Positions 50,701 to 62,519 of a stretch of 64,000 bases of DNA are shown one piece after another; positions within the stretch are counted from its first letter, which is position 1; the number at the start of each line of letters is the position of its first letter. The notes under the pieces are model-generated. The model was not told the origin of the DNA. It worked only from the letters and a program-made list of their open reading frames with translations, and ran no database searches. Position numbers and translations under genes: made by a program. The stretch is from Lama guanicoe (Eukaryota): assembly GCA_013239625.1 (NCBI GenBank), contig MU053472.1, forward strand, positions 3,073,822 to 3,137,821, given 5' to 3'.

Positions 50701-53567
50701 CATGTCAGTTTAGCCACACAGATGGGAAGGGAGCCTGAAGTCCTGATTCTGTTCCCAGTTCTCCGCCAGCGACATACCCCACATACTTTAGTTCTCTGGA
50801 CCTTTGTGTCGCCTTCTCCATAATAAAGGGAGACTGACTTTGAAAAAAAAAAAAACACAAAAACACCCAAACAATGGAATGCCAAGCTTCCAGATGAAAG
50901 GCGCTATTAGAAGTACAAAGTCTTGTTTAATTACACTGCTGCTCCAGTTTGCTGCTTCCCAGCTCCTAACTCCCACTGGGTGGATTCTGAAACCGCATAG
51001 GAGATTATGTCAAGAGGGGAGAACAGGAGAAACATTCTCTCCCTGAATTTTCTTAAATGGAAGAGAGAAACAAAATGAAAAGAAAGGCCCATTTTCCAAG
51101 GAGGGGGCTGGGGGCCGTGATCTTTCCATTAAGCGGACCTGCACAAGAATCTATAGATTATTTAATGCCGGGGGTGGCTGTGGAATGAAATAAAGGAATC
51201 TTTGTGCAGTGCCAACCACAGTTCCCTCACTTTCCCCACAGTCAGGCATTTAACCCAACTCTCTAAATCATCAAGCTCTAATGCACCCCATCTGTGCACC
51301 GGTTGTAGCCAATGAAACCGAAGCCTGTGCTGACTTTGGCCTGGGCTTGTGAAGGAGCTTTTCTGCCCCAAATGGGGCAGGAAGGAGACCATGAGGCCAA
51401 CAAGGCCAACAAGGCCAACGAGGTCTTTTTTGCTCATCCCTTGTCTCCTCCCAAGGCTCAAGATTCACCAGTCTGTTCATCTGCTCATTTACTGAGCTTT
51501 GGCCATGGGTCAGCTTCTGACCCAGAGATACAAAGCTAGCAGGACAAGGTCCCAGGAGGAAAGGACGTGTGAGGGCTCTTGGGAGAGAGGAAGGAGGTAA
51601 AGGAGAAGGGATGCTCTTGGCTGAAGCACAGAGGCCTGAAATACCCATATCTGCATATTCAGGGAATGCTGCTTAGTTGGAACATAAAGCAAGGACAAGC
51701 AGGGGCCCTAACTCCAAAAACTAGGCTCTGCCGGATCGTGCAAGGCCCCGTGTACCAGGCCAGAGATACCTACTCTGAAGGCCATTACCACCCCCGCATA
51801 TTCACTTCTGCCCATCTTACAAAGCCCAGCTCAAATACCACCTCTTCCAGAAATCCTTCTTCAACACCCTCAAGGTAACTGCTCTTTCTCCTTTGAGAAC
51901 TCCAGATTTGAGCTCTTGGACAACTTGTATGAGTCTCAACTTCTCCATCCATACAACATCTGACTAACAGCATCTACCTTGAAGGCTTCTTGTGACGGTT
52001 AAGTGAGATAACATTTATAAAGTGTTAAGTGGCAGTTTTTAGTACACAGAAGGTGCTTTAGTACAGTTTATTGTGACCTCCATTTCTTATGATACATAGC
52101 ACTTCTTCCTGATACTAAAAAGATATATGTGTTGGCTTCCACTTTCTCTGGAGATTTCCAGAAATAGGACAGCTCACATTTTCCCTCCAAGCTTGCGGGC
52201 CCCCTTCCAAAGCAAAGAGGACTGACTCCTCTCTCCCCTCACTGACACAGCCTTTCCCACATCCAAACTTCCAGACTCAAGGGGTTCCCAACAGATTAAA
52301 AAAAAATCCAAGACAAGATGAGTTAGTTGACAGAGAAGGAAGCTGGAGGCTGGCTGAATGTAAATAGTACAGAGGAGAGGAATTAGCAGAAACCTAGAGA
52401 AGGGAAAGTGGGCCAGAGGCCAGGACTCCGAGGGCCCCAGGGTTCAAGCTCTGCGGTAACCCTAGACCCTGGGAGAGGCCTCGCAGGAGGAGCTTCACCC
52501 GCGGCCCTGATTTGAGAACCCCACTCCCAGCCGTGGTTGTTTCAGCAGCCTTCTCCACTTCCTGTCAAATCAGCCAGCTGGACAGGGCTCTTCTCTAACT
52601 TCCTCCCTCTCTGGCTGGGGCTTCCAAGGCAGAGGCAGGGAAAGTAATGCCACCATTTCTAACAGTTCTTGTAAACAGAATAAAAACACCAATTTTTTTT
52701 TAACTTAGTCTGAGTCTGCGTAAAGGTTTCTTCTTCTTTTTTTTCACTTTAATGGCATGAAGTCCAGATTCTGAAATAGGGTGTTTTTTAAAGGGAAAAG
52801 TCCCCCATGGGTTCCTTCTCCTTTTCATGCAGCCAAGTAAAAGCTGTTTCTCCTCCCTTGGAAACTTAGGGCCAGGAGGGACGCGGTCCCCCTGAGAACG
52901 CTCCCAGAAGGCGCTAGTTCTTGGACTGCACAACCGAGGCATTAGGTGTATTTATTTATTTATTATTAACCCCCCCCCACCCTCACTTCAGGAAGCAGTT
53001 GCCAAGGCTCCTTAGGGAAATGGGATTCCACTCTTTCTTCTGATTGTGAACAAATGTCATGCCATGTTACCTCATGTAGAAGCCCTAAAGGCCCCCGTAA
53101 GCCACTGGGTCAGCTCTTCACCAAGCCACCTTTGGTCCTCCCAGAGGCCACCCATTTTAGTAATTTGACTGTCTGGTAACCTCTCTGGGGGCTTGAAGAG
53201 AATAACCCCTACTTCGTGATCCTACCTTTCTTAGAACGCCCTTTCCAGGCAAGCAGCCCCCTACATCGCGTTCACCCACCAACCCGGGCCAAGCAAGCGG
53301 AGGGAAAGGCTCCCATCAGTCCTCAGCCTGCAAGCTGCCAGCACCCACAGCCTCCAACAGGGATGACATCTAAATTCCAAAGTTACACGTTACACTAGTA
53401 CACTCTCCCTCCAACTCAAGTTATTTCTCAGCTGAGTGAGACAACCACGCGGGACAAAAGACGGAGTACAAAGGTCCCAGGCTCTCTGGGAGAGCATGTC
53501 AACCTCTGCAAACCCAGGAGCCAGCAGTGCCCTTGCCCCACCCCATGGGTAGGCACGGAACATGTAC

Positions 53568-53684
53568 CTTGGAAATGAGTTCATCATGATTGGCCAAGTG
53601 GGCTCTGCAGTGAATGCAGCTGTAGGTCCGATGGCATGAGGGCAGGTATGCCTGGAAAGTCTTGGATCTTGTCATCTTCACCAT
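53568..53684 (-). CDS. YPEL2: YPEL2 first coding exon, coding part (aa 1-39, [10 protein letters not shown]...HDELISK)
   Basis: ATG at 53684-53682, 117 nt, ends AAG|gtacat (phase 0 donor). Lies inside ORF 53499..53822. Confidence 0.97.
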
Positions 53685-53881
53685 TGGCGCTGCTGAACGT
53701 GGGCTGAACTCCGGGGTGGCCCACGAGGCACTCCCACAGGATGGGTCGCACGGGAAACACCGGAAGACACAGGTAAAGGCCGTGGTTTGGCAAGGGGTGG
53801 GTGTGCGGCAGGCTCCACACACTGGTGATGTCTTCAGAGGAAGGACCCTCAGGCAGAGGTCGAGGGCTGGTTCTCAGCAGC
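53685..53881 (-). other. YPEL2: YPEL2 exon 2 5'UTR portion
   Basis: Acceptor ...cccttatcttggcactgcag|GCTGCTGAGAAC at 53882/53881. No AUG in the segment. Resembles the recalled human YPEL2 5'UTR. Confidence 0.85.
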
Positions 53882-54510
53882 CTGCAGTGCCAAGATAAGG
53901 GAATATCATGAGCTAAAGGAGCTGGGCTTCCTGCAAACCAAGCAGAGTCCAACTGCCACCCAAGAGAGAAGGCAGCTTTTACAGGATAAAACGACCCCCT
54001 TCTCTGTCCTTACGTTGTGCAAGATGCCCAGTGAATAAGAAGAAGCCAATGGAGATCTCAGTATTGCTGCTGTTCTAGAGCTGGAGGTTCAGTATCAACT
54101 CAGGGCTCTCAGCAGTCACCCTGCCAACATCCAGCAAACTGACATGAATACCAGGAAGCCCTAGAAAAGGCCAGATATGCCACCTGCAACCCCAAGGAGA
54201 GGACCCCTCAGGGGCCCCTTCTCCTGAGTCAAGCAAGACAATTGGCTGAAAAAGCTTACTCTCTAGAGATTCACTACATCAACCGTCACAGGTGGATTTC
54301 TCATCCATTTCCAGATGCCAGGAGTCCCCCCACCCTTGAAACCACCACCCGCAGAGGCAACAAACCTCATCCTACCTTTTGCTTATGAACTAATAAGCAT
54401 GGGATACAAAGGATCAAGTTCAACCAGCAGGGTCCCTCATGGCTGGCCAGCCTTTTTGGGAGAAGTGACTCTCTTTGCAATATCTTGCCCAGAAGTAGAT
54501 GCTCAGTGTA

Positions 54511-54514
<4 letters not shown>

Positions 54515-54572
<58 letters not shown>
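54515..54572. repeat. Compound microsatellite (TA)19(CA)10
   Basis: Read directly from the sequence. Confidence 0.95.
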
Positions 54573-57500
54573 TACATATATACAATATACATATTTTTTG
54601 GAGGGGAAGGCAAGTAAATGAATGAAATTCATGGTATAATCAGACTCCTGCATCTAAAATTCACAATAACGGTGAATCTTCCCAGAATTTCCCTTCAACC
54701 CTCAAATTTTCCATTACTCATCCCACAGTACCAAACATTTCTCCTACCACAGCCTCAGCTTTTTTATTCTAATGAGAAACAAGGACACTGAGAAGTGGGG
54801 TGGCTCCCAGGGTACGTCCAAGTAAAGGTCTCAGGGCAAAACTCCAAGGTTTAAGACCCACTCTGCTTCACTGAGGCTCACATACCTGAGGCTTCTGGAC
54901 CTACCTATTCCCTGGGCATCACTAACGGGGGTGGTGTTCCCACTTGCCTACCTCCCAGGAGAGCCAGAGTGTTAATTAACGCCTGCGTCATGCTTTGAAG
55001 ATAAAATTATTTAGAGAGACGGGGGAGGAAGACAAACAAAATCAGATCTTCCTTGCTGGATTATGCCTGGGATCCATCTGGATGTTTAGACAAAGCCCGC
55101 AAATCATAGTCCTCTTTTTCCTCTAAACCTCTGGAACCAAATCTTTCGCAGGGAAGCTGTCCTCCTCCCTGACATCCTTCCCAACACAGCACCACTGAAG
55201 GCCACTGTACCCCTGGGACTCTGTATCTTCCTGAGTGGCCAACACCATTGGCCAGCACTAGACTGAAGGACAACAGTGGTCACTAGCTCTTCTCCTGCAT
55301 GTCCCTTGAGCAGCTAAGCCAAGCAAGCCCCACCTCCAGGGTGATCAGTTCCACATGAGATGTCCAACCCTGTTGAAGGGATTCAGACCTACAGGGGCCC
55401 AGACATAATATCTTCCTTGCTCAGTCTTCCACCACTACTTTTAAAGATGTGAAATCAAATTAAACTGAACATTACAGTAACATGTGAAAAATGTGGAGGT
55501 GAGAATTAATCTCCCCAGTTCCACTTTGGAGTCAGGCCTGGCCATAACAGGAAATGAGGGAGATCCACGACCCCAGGGAGCAGAGCCCCTTCGTCTCACC
55601 CTGGGTGTCCTCCCGTAGTGGTAAGGTGAGGGCTCAGAACCAAAGCCCATGGCAGACCAATGCTGTTGGGTGTTGAAGCATTCCAGGTGGTAGAAAGAGC
55701 AAAGTAGGGGTTTCCTGAAATACCCTCGAACTTTCCAATACTCCTGTTCCACTCTCAGGAAGGACAGCACTTCCAGGAAGGGAAGGGGTGATAGGTCAGG
55801 GGGTAAGCTAAGACAGAGGCAGGGCAGGCGAGTGGGCGGCTTGCCCCAGGCCAGCCGCTTCTGAAGTCCACAGCCTCAGCTGCCCAGTGGGGAGCGGTGG
55901 GAGCACCGGCCCTGTCAGTCCGCCTTATACAAACACTGAGGGAAGAAAAGGAAACAATGAGCCCTGGCTGCCAGTCTGGGTTTACAGAGCGGCCACAGAG
56001 TCTGTTTTCTTACACACACAGACGGCTTCTAAATTATGCATTTCCCCAGAGCGGAATTATTTCTTCGCTCACTTCTCTTCTGTAGGAACCCCCCCAAAAA
56101 AGTTCACAGGCAGGGGTTTCTGGTTATGCTCAACTTCAAATCTGAATCTCAAAACTTATTCAGAGCTACCTACTGAAGAATCAGCATTCACGTTCTGCAT
56201 GAAACGTATGTCACACACAAACACGTACCCAGGCACACACAATCATTGCACACCACACCGCAGAACCTGAAGAGAGAAAAATGGGCCACGTGAGCAACAT
56301 CCCAGGCTGCCTGGTGCTAGGAGAGCCCCGGAGAGCCTAGAAGGCAGGCCTCGGACTTGGCTGCTAGACTCTGCTCCTCCTGCTCTTCCAGAGGAATGTG
56401 AAGGCACCCACAAAAGGTGCCTCGTGCCCCGAGAAGAAAGGAAAGAAAAGTGGCTTTTGGAAATACACAACTTGTTCAACTGGGGCAGGGCGAACTAGAA
56501 GGAATGAGAGGGGGAAAGTGGAAAGCAAGGGGAAGCAGGATCAAGAGGGAGTCCTTGCGTCTGAGAAGAAAGAAGAGAATGGACTGAGTGAGAGACAAAG
56601 ATGAGAGCTGAGGACCAAAAAAGTCACCTACTACCACCTCCTTCCCTCTTTCAGGGAAAATGCTAAAAGCTACTTCTTTTAGAAAGAGATCAGTTTTTAG
56701 GAAGGAAGAAAAAAATAGTTTTTTTTTAAATGGAAGAAATGAAGAGTATGGGGCTGTCGAACTCACATGTTAATTTTTGGACTCTGGGTACCTGCTAATG
56801 GGGCCACAGGCTCCATGGGGCTTCGTGAGTTGAAAATACTGTGGAGTCCAAATTGATTCCCAACAATAATCAAATGAGCTCAATATTTAAAAGCCTCAGG
56901 GCACATGTACAAACTAAACACCATTTTAAGTGAAGTAACAATCCATCACAGTGGAAATTAAAGGAAGATTTGCTACCACCCCCAGCTGGCTCCTGCTGAT
57001 CAGCATGGAAAGAAAAGATGTGAAATATTGTGATTAAAAACAAAGACCTTAGATACACCAGTCTGAGAGCCAAATGCATAGGGAGCACACAACAAACCTG
57101 GCTGTCCCACCTTGCAGACTGGTTTTTTCCATAAGGAGTCACAACTGCCGGTGGAAATCAAAACAGAACTTTCTGAGTCACCAGGACGGAGAGGTAGGAG
57201 GTATGACTTACGGATTCATCAGGTAAGTCATAAAGGAACTGAATAAACGATGTGGAAGACGAGGCAGAACAGCCACACACAGAGCTCCAGAAACTGAGAG
57301 GATGGAACCCACCAGGGGATGCGACACCTCAGCCAGAGAAGCCGACTATCCCCAGGTGTGCCTCCGGACTGTTGTTTTGTTGTGGGGTGTTTTGGAGGAG
57401 GGTAGGCAGAGACTGCCTGGAAAAGAAGTGGGCTCTGGAATCACAAAACCAGTTCTACTCCTTTCTAGCTGAACGACTCTGGCAAGTTACTCAACAGCTC

Positions 57501-58114
57501 TGATCCTCAGCTTCCCCAGTTCTAACAATACCAACATACACAGGGTTACAAGGATTAAATGAGATGTTGTAACTGCATACGCGGTGCTGGCACACAAAAC
57601 ACACCAAAATTGTAGCTATTATGATTTTTAGTGGTCAGTGAACTGGGGTGGGGGAGGGTGGCGATGCTGCTGCTTAGAAAGAGAGGAAAACGAAAAAGGA
57701 GGCCCAGGAGTTTAGAGACAGACACAGTTTGCCTGCCACTTCCCTTAGGACTCTCCACCTTGTCTTCAAGCACTATAGCTGGAACTACTGGAATGACATT
57801 TCTCTAAATCTTGAATTCTCCTTTCATGGTGAGAGGAGGTGATGATGACCCTGGGGAAACCACAGAGTATTCCCCTCATCACTACTGAGGTTCTTCTAAG
57901 AGGTGGCTTCCCCAGTGGCCATGCTCCCATAGGCCCCAAAGCACTGCCAGGAATATAGTGTCTTATTCACACAGCCCAAGAAGGCCCCTGAGCCTCCTTT
58001 CTCCTCTAAACCCACCCTCCGCATTGCAGTCACTGTTATGTATTTAAAAAGCAGATTTGGCCACATCATCTCTCTCACGTCCTTCAGAAAGGTAACACAG
58101 GGCAACAGTTAACC

Positions 58115-58737
58115 AGATGAGTTCTGGGTATTTATCTAAAGAAAACAAAATCACTAATTCAAAAAGACCTACGGATGCCTATGTTCACTGAAGCACTATT
58201 TACAATAGCCAAAGTATGGAAGCAATCTAAGTGCCCATCGATAGATGAATAGATAAAGATGATGTGGTATTTAAATTCAGTGGAATATTACTCAGCCATG
58301 GAAATGAATGAAATCTTGCCAATTGCCAGGTTGGACCTAGAGAGGATTACTCAAGGTAAAATGAGTCAGACAGAGAAAAACAAATACCATTTGATTTCAC
58401 TTGTGTCTGAAAAAACAAAACAGAGCAAATAAACAAATGTAATAAAACAGAAATAGAGTCATCGATACAGAGAACAAACTGGTGGTTGCCAGAGGGAAGA
58501 GGAGTAGGGGGACAAACGAAATAGATGAGGTACAAACTTCCAGCTATAAAATAAGTCATGGGGATGAAATGTACACAGAGGGAATACAGTCAACAATACT
58601 GCATTAACTTTGCATGCTGACAGATGATAATGGGTAATGATCATTTCATAATGTATAAAATATTAAATCACTGTGTGGTACATTGGAAATTAATATAATA
58701 CTGTATGTTAATTATAGTTTCATTAAAAAAAAAAAAG
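58115..58737 (+). mobile_element. L1 (L1MA-like) 3' end with polyA tail
   Basis: cctatgttcactgaagcactatttacaatagccaaagtatggaagcaatctaagtgcccatcg...gagaacaaactggtggttgccagaggg...cattaaaaaaaaaaaa. Confidence 0.85.
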
Positions 58738-58744
58738 ATGGGTA

Positions 58745-58950
58745 ACGGAACCAGACTTCAGAGTTTCAAATCTCAATTCTATCATTTCCTAGCTGTGTGA
58801 CCTTGGACAGTTTACTTAACCTCTCTGGACCTTGCTCTCCACATCAAAAACTAGGAATCCTAATATTGACCTCATAAGGCTCTTGTGAGAATTAGCTAAG
58901 CTAATACATATTAAGTACTCAGCATGGTGTGTAGCAAGTATACAAATTCC
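58745..58950 (+). mobile_element. MIR
   Basis: ctagctgtgtgaccttggacagtttacttaacctctctg core. Confidence 0.75.
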
Positions 58951-59669
58951 AAGTACATATTACTGCTGGCAACCATCTATCACTGACACCCATGAATGGC
59001 TTCAGACTCATCTCTACCACCTTCTACTCTACACTCCATTTTTTGAACTGACATTTAAGGGTCTACCATGTGTCAGGAACAGTCTCCTAAGTGCTCAGAT
59101 ATGGCAACCAAACTTTGCAGTTCCTCCTAATACGTCACACCTGCATTTCACCATTTTTTTGGTTTTGTTGATGCCATTCCCTCGACCTGCCACACCCTTC
59201 CCATGTCTCCTCACCAGGCCCTTAACTTGTCACTTAAGACTCAGCTCAAATGTCCCCTCAGCATTGGACTTATTGGCCCCTGCTCTGTGCTCACCTCTAT
59301 CTTAATATTTACTCTATTGAAATGGATATTATCCTTGTTTGCCTTTGTACCCTCTGCTAGAAGAGTCAAGAGAAGAGGCCACATTTGAGTCATTTCTGCA
59401 CCTCCTGAACTCGGCAGCATGGAGCATACAGTAGGGGCCACTGCTGAACCGAATTCCCCCTGCTTCCCGCTGGGCTGCTGACTAGTGGGCAGCAGACATG
59501 ACCGAGGCCCCACCCTTCCTCCTACCAGTGCCGAGACAAGACGCAAAGTGGGGCTCCGGGCACCATGGAAGCCTGTTCATCCCCGACAGCCTCTACTCAG
59601 ATCCTGCGCTGAGACACCAGAACTATGGTTCTTCTGGGCTACAGAAGATTTTTTAACGTTAATCAAAGG

Positions 59670-59825
59670 CCTGTCGGCCCCTCTCTCTCCCTTTGGAGAC
59701 GGCCCACATTCTGTCTATGGAGTGTGTACCTACTTTTAATCTGAGCACCAAACCCCCACACCTCGTGGCCTTTCTCTTGCCTTTCAATGTATCTTTCTGA
59801 ATAAATCTACCTTCACTAAAAAAAA
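59670..59825 (+). mobile_element. LTR R-region-like fragment ending in AATAAA and an A-tract
   Basis: ggcccctctctctccctttggaga...attctgtctatggagtgtgt...ctgaataaatctaccttcact-A8. Confidence 0.5.
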
Positions 59826-60951
59826 TCCATGCCCATTTTTCACATTTACAGGGTCTAGGTTAAATATAATAATATAATGTGTTTTATATATATAGCTGTT
59901 GGGGGTATAGCTTAACCATTTTCCAGTTTTTCTGTCTCTTAGTTATTGTAGAAACTCTTCGAAAGCCCGAAGCAGACTTTATGCTGTCTTTAAGGACAGG
60001 AGCCTGGCTGAACAGTCTGTTCTAGAGGGAAAGAGAGAAGCCCAGGTTGGATGCAACAAACAGGTGGCAGTGGGAAGGGGACAGGTGAGCCATTTCCGAG
60101 ACTGGAGACAGAAAAAAGAGATACTATGGTGGTGGAAAGCCTCAGTCCCAGGAGGATAGTTCTCTATCCCCAATCCTAATCTCACCAGAATCCTAAACCC
60201 AGGCCAGGGAGTAGAGAGACCCAGTTTCCCTGGCTGCCAAATAAGAGAAGTGGGTGGTGGTGTCATCGACTGGAGACGAGGACAGGATTAGAGACAGATA
60301 GACTTGGATTCCGCCTTGGGTCTTCTTACTAGCTGCATCACCACTGAGCAAACTGAAAGGGAGTAACAGCGCCTACCTCGTGGTGGAGACAAGAACATCA
60401 AGTGAGACAATGCAAGTGTAGCATTCAGCGCCTGCACGGGCTTAGTCCTCAATAACCGTGATTTGCTATGATCATCCTTACCAGCGCGGGAGAAAAAACA
60501 CAGGGACTGTTCGTACTCACAAGACCTAAACGAGCAATGCTCTGGTCTGCCCGGTTGACTCATGGTGGTTAGAGGGTTTGACCCAAATTAATCCACTTAA
60601 AGGTATACAGTGATGTAAGTAGGTTTTTGTGGCTTAGCTGGGGATCTGACACTATTGAAATATCATTCCGAACAACAGACCACTCCATCACTCAGCGCAG
60701 TGGAAGTTACCTTTGCGGTCCGCACTGGCTCTACCAATTCCAGGATGGGGCCACCATTGAGAACTTTACTGAAACGCCCCTATTAAAACTGCCATGGAGC
60801 TGACTGCAAGACATACAGGAAAATCAATGCCACCATTTCATAGTTAACCATTTTGTAGCACTGGGACCAGGTGGTACTTCAGATCCATCCAGTTGATAAT
60901 AAAAACCAGTTTGAATATTCCAGAAACCACTGTCTTTCACAAACAAAACCA

Positions 60952-61130
60952 GGGAGGGGATAGCTCAGTGGTAGAGCGCATGCTTAGCATGTACAAAGTC
61001 CTGGGTTCAATCCCCAGTACCTCCATTAAAAAAACAAAACAAAACAAAGCAAAAAACAGATGAACGTAATTACCTCCCCCCACCAAAAAACAAAGCTTGA
61101 AAAAGCAAATAATTTTTTTTTAAAAAAGGG
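60952..61130 (+). mobile_element. tRNA-derived SINE (Vic-type)
   Basis: tagctcagtggtagagcgcatgcttagcatg...ggttcaatccccagtacctcc followed by an A-rich tail. Confidence 0.88.
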
Positions 61131-61139
61131 AAAAGAAAT

Positions 61140-61217
61140 AATAAAGACCACTGATAACATCACACCATAACAAATATAACAATGAAAAAGTTTGAAACAT
61201 TGTGAGAATTACCAAAA
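61140..61217 (+). mobile_element. Short Tigger2-like DNA transposon fragment
   Basis: aaagaccactgata...caccataacaaatataacaatgaaaaagtttgaaacattgtgagaattaccaaaa resembles recalled Tigger2 subterminal sequence. Confidence 0.55.
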
Positions 61218-62519
61218 ACAAAAACAAAAAAACCCACCATTCATCTCCAGCCTGGATACAGGGCCTAGCCTTGATTTCAGGGGGATTCTCTGTCAGGTGA
61301 TAATCCTACATGATCTCTAGGATTCCTTCAGCTCTTAAAGTTCTGATTTCATGTTGTAAAATGATGTCTCTGCCAGCCAAACCCTGCCCCAGAGCAAAGT
61401 ACCCATCAGCCAACCTTCGTTCTGTTGGGACCTTGATTTCAGCGAGGTCACAGAACGTGCCAGTCTCACAGAGTCCACTCAGAGATGGCTGCTGAAACAG
61501 TGCTTTGCAACATCTGTTAGCAAAGCAATATATTGAAACATGGCTCTTAGTTCAGCACTCTGCCTGGGAGGACCCCACGTGAAGCTTAAATCTGTCAGAA
61601 CATCTGCATAGAGAAGGGCCACTTCCCCTTGAACATCCTGAAACTTGCATGTAATTTACTAGATATTACACAGAAGTAGCTGTTGCTAGCTGGCTATGGA
61701 AAGATCAGATCTTACTTTGGGTTGATTCCACAATTTCAACCAAAAATAACCTGTCTGAAGATTCATTACCAAGGATACTTGGTTAAAGTTCATCAATGGC
61801 TTCCTTCTTTTTCTTATACAACTCCTGGATCGAAAAAAGGATTTAAGGTGGCTTACAAAAAAATAAATAAACAATACAGTACTATTAAAATAGATTAATT
61901 ACGGTAGGAGGAATAAAAGAACAAAAGGAGAGGACACAGAAGTGCATGCTGTCAAATTGCTAAATATTTACTGAATTTCAATTATAAATTTGGCTTTGAG
62001 CTCCCCAGTAACCAAGAAAATATCAGAAGTTGTAAGATTTATATTTCCTGTGAAATAAGAGCATCTTGGTTGCTCAGGATACAGATTTTCTAAGAAACAT
62101 GTCTCCTATGGGCAGTCGTAGGAGACAAGAACCAGCCAGTGAGCCCCAGTACACATCAACAGTTCCTACGATGTAGCCCTCCAGCAATACTTTCTTCCAG
62201 TTCCCTCCATGAAAACAGACCATAATAAACACCAAAGCACAACTCAGTAAAAGGGATTCTACACGGGGTCAAACTAGGGCAGCCCGAGAACATGGCTTTC
62301 TGATGGTCTGGCTGGATCCAGCGATATGGACTCTCCAGAGGAATGGAAGAGCTACAGAGCCTTCTGGCAATGCTCCATGAATATCATTTATCACAACCAC
62401 GCTTTTGAGTAACAGAAAATAAGGGCAGCCTCCCACATGCCAAGTCCACACACTAATACTTTTGAATGCTAACACTATTTGGCCCTGGTGCTGCATTCAG
62501 CCCTCTCGTGGGCTGCTTT

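Larger units (their letters stand above)
16676..53881 (-). other. YPEL2: YPEL2 gene body, exons 2-5 (first non-coding exon not in window)
   Basis: Four spliced coding exons join to 360 nt = [119 protein letters not shown]. This is a Yippee domain with two CxxC zinc motifs (C23/C26, C79/C82) and matches recalled mammalian YPEL2. The 3' end is inferred from the polyA signal. Confidence 0.95.

Noticed and set aside
53820..53852. In-frame GTG (53822) and CTG (53837, 53852) as alternative starts
   Set aside because: Poor contexts (pyrimidine at -3, no G at +4) compared with the ACG at 53783.
55800..55930. GC-box-containing patch as the YPEL2 promoter or exon 1
   Set aside because: Too short and CpG-poor for a CpG-island promoter, and no clear donor site; the true first exon is probably outside the window.
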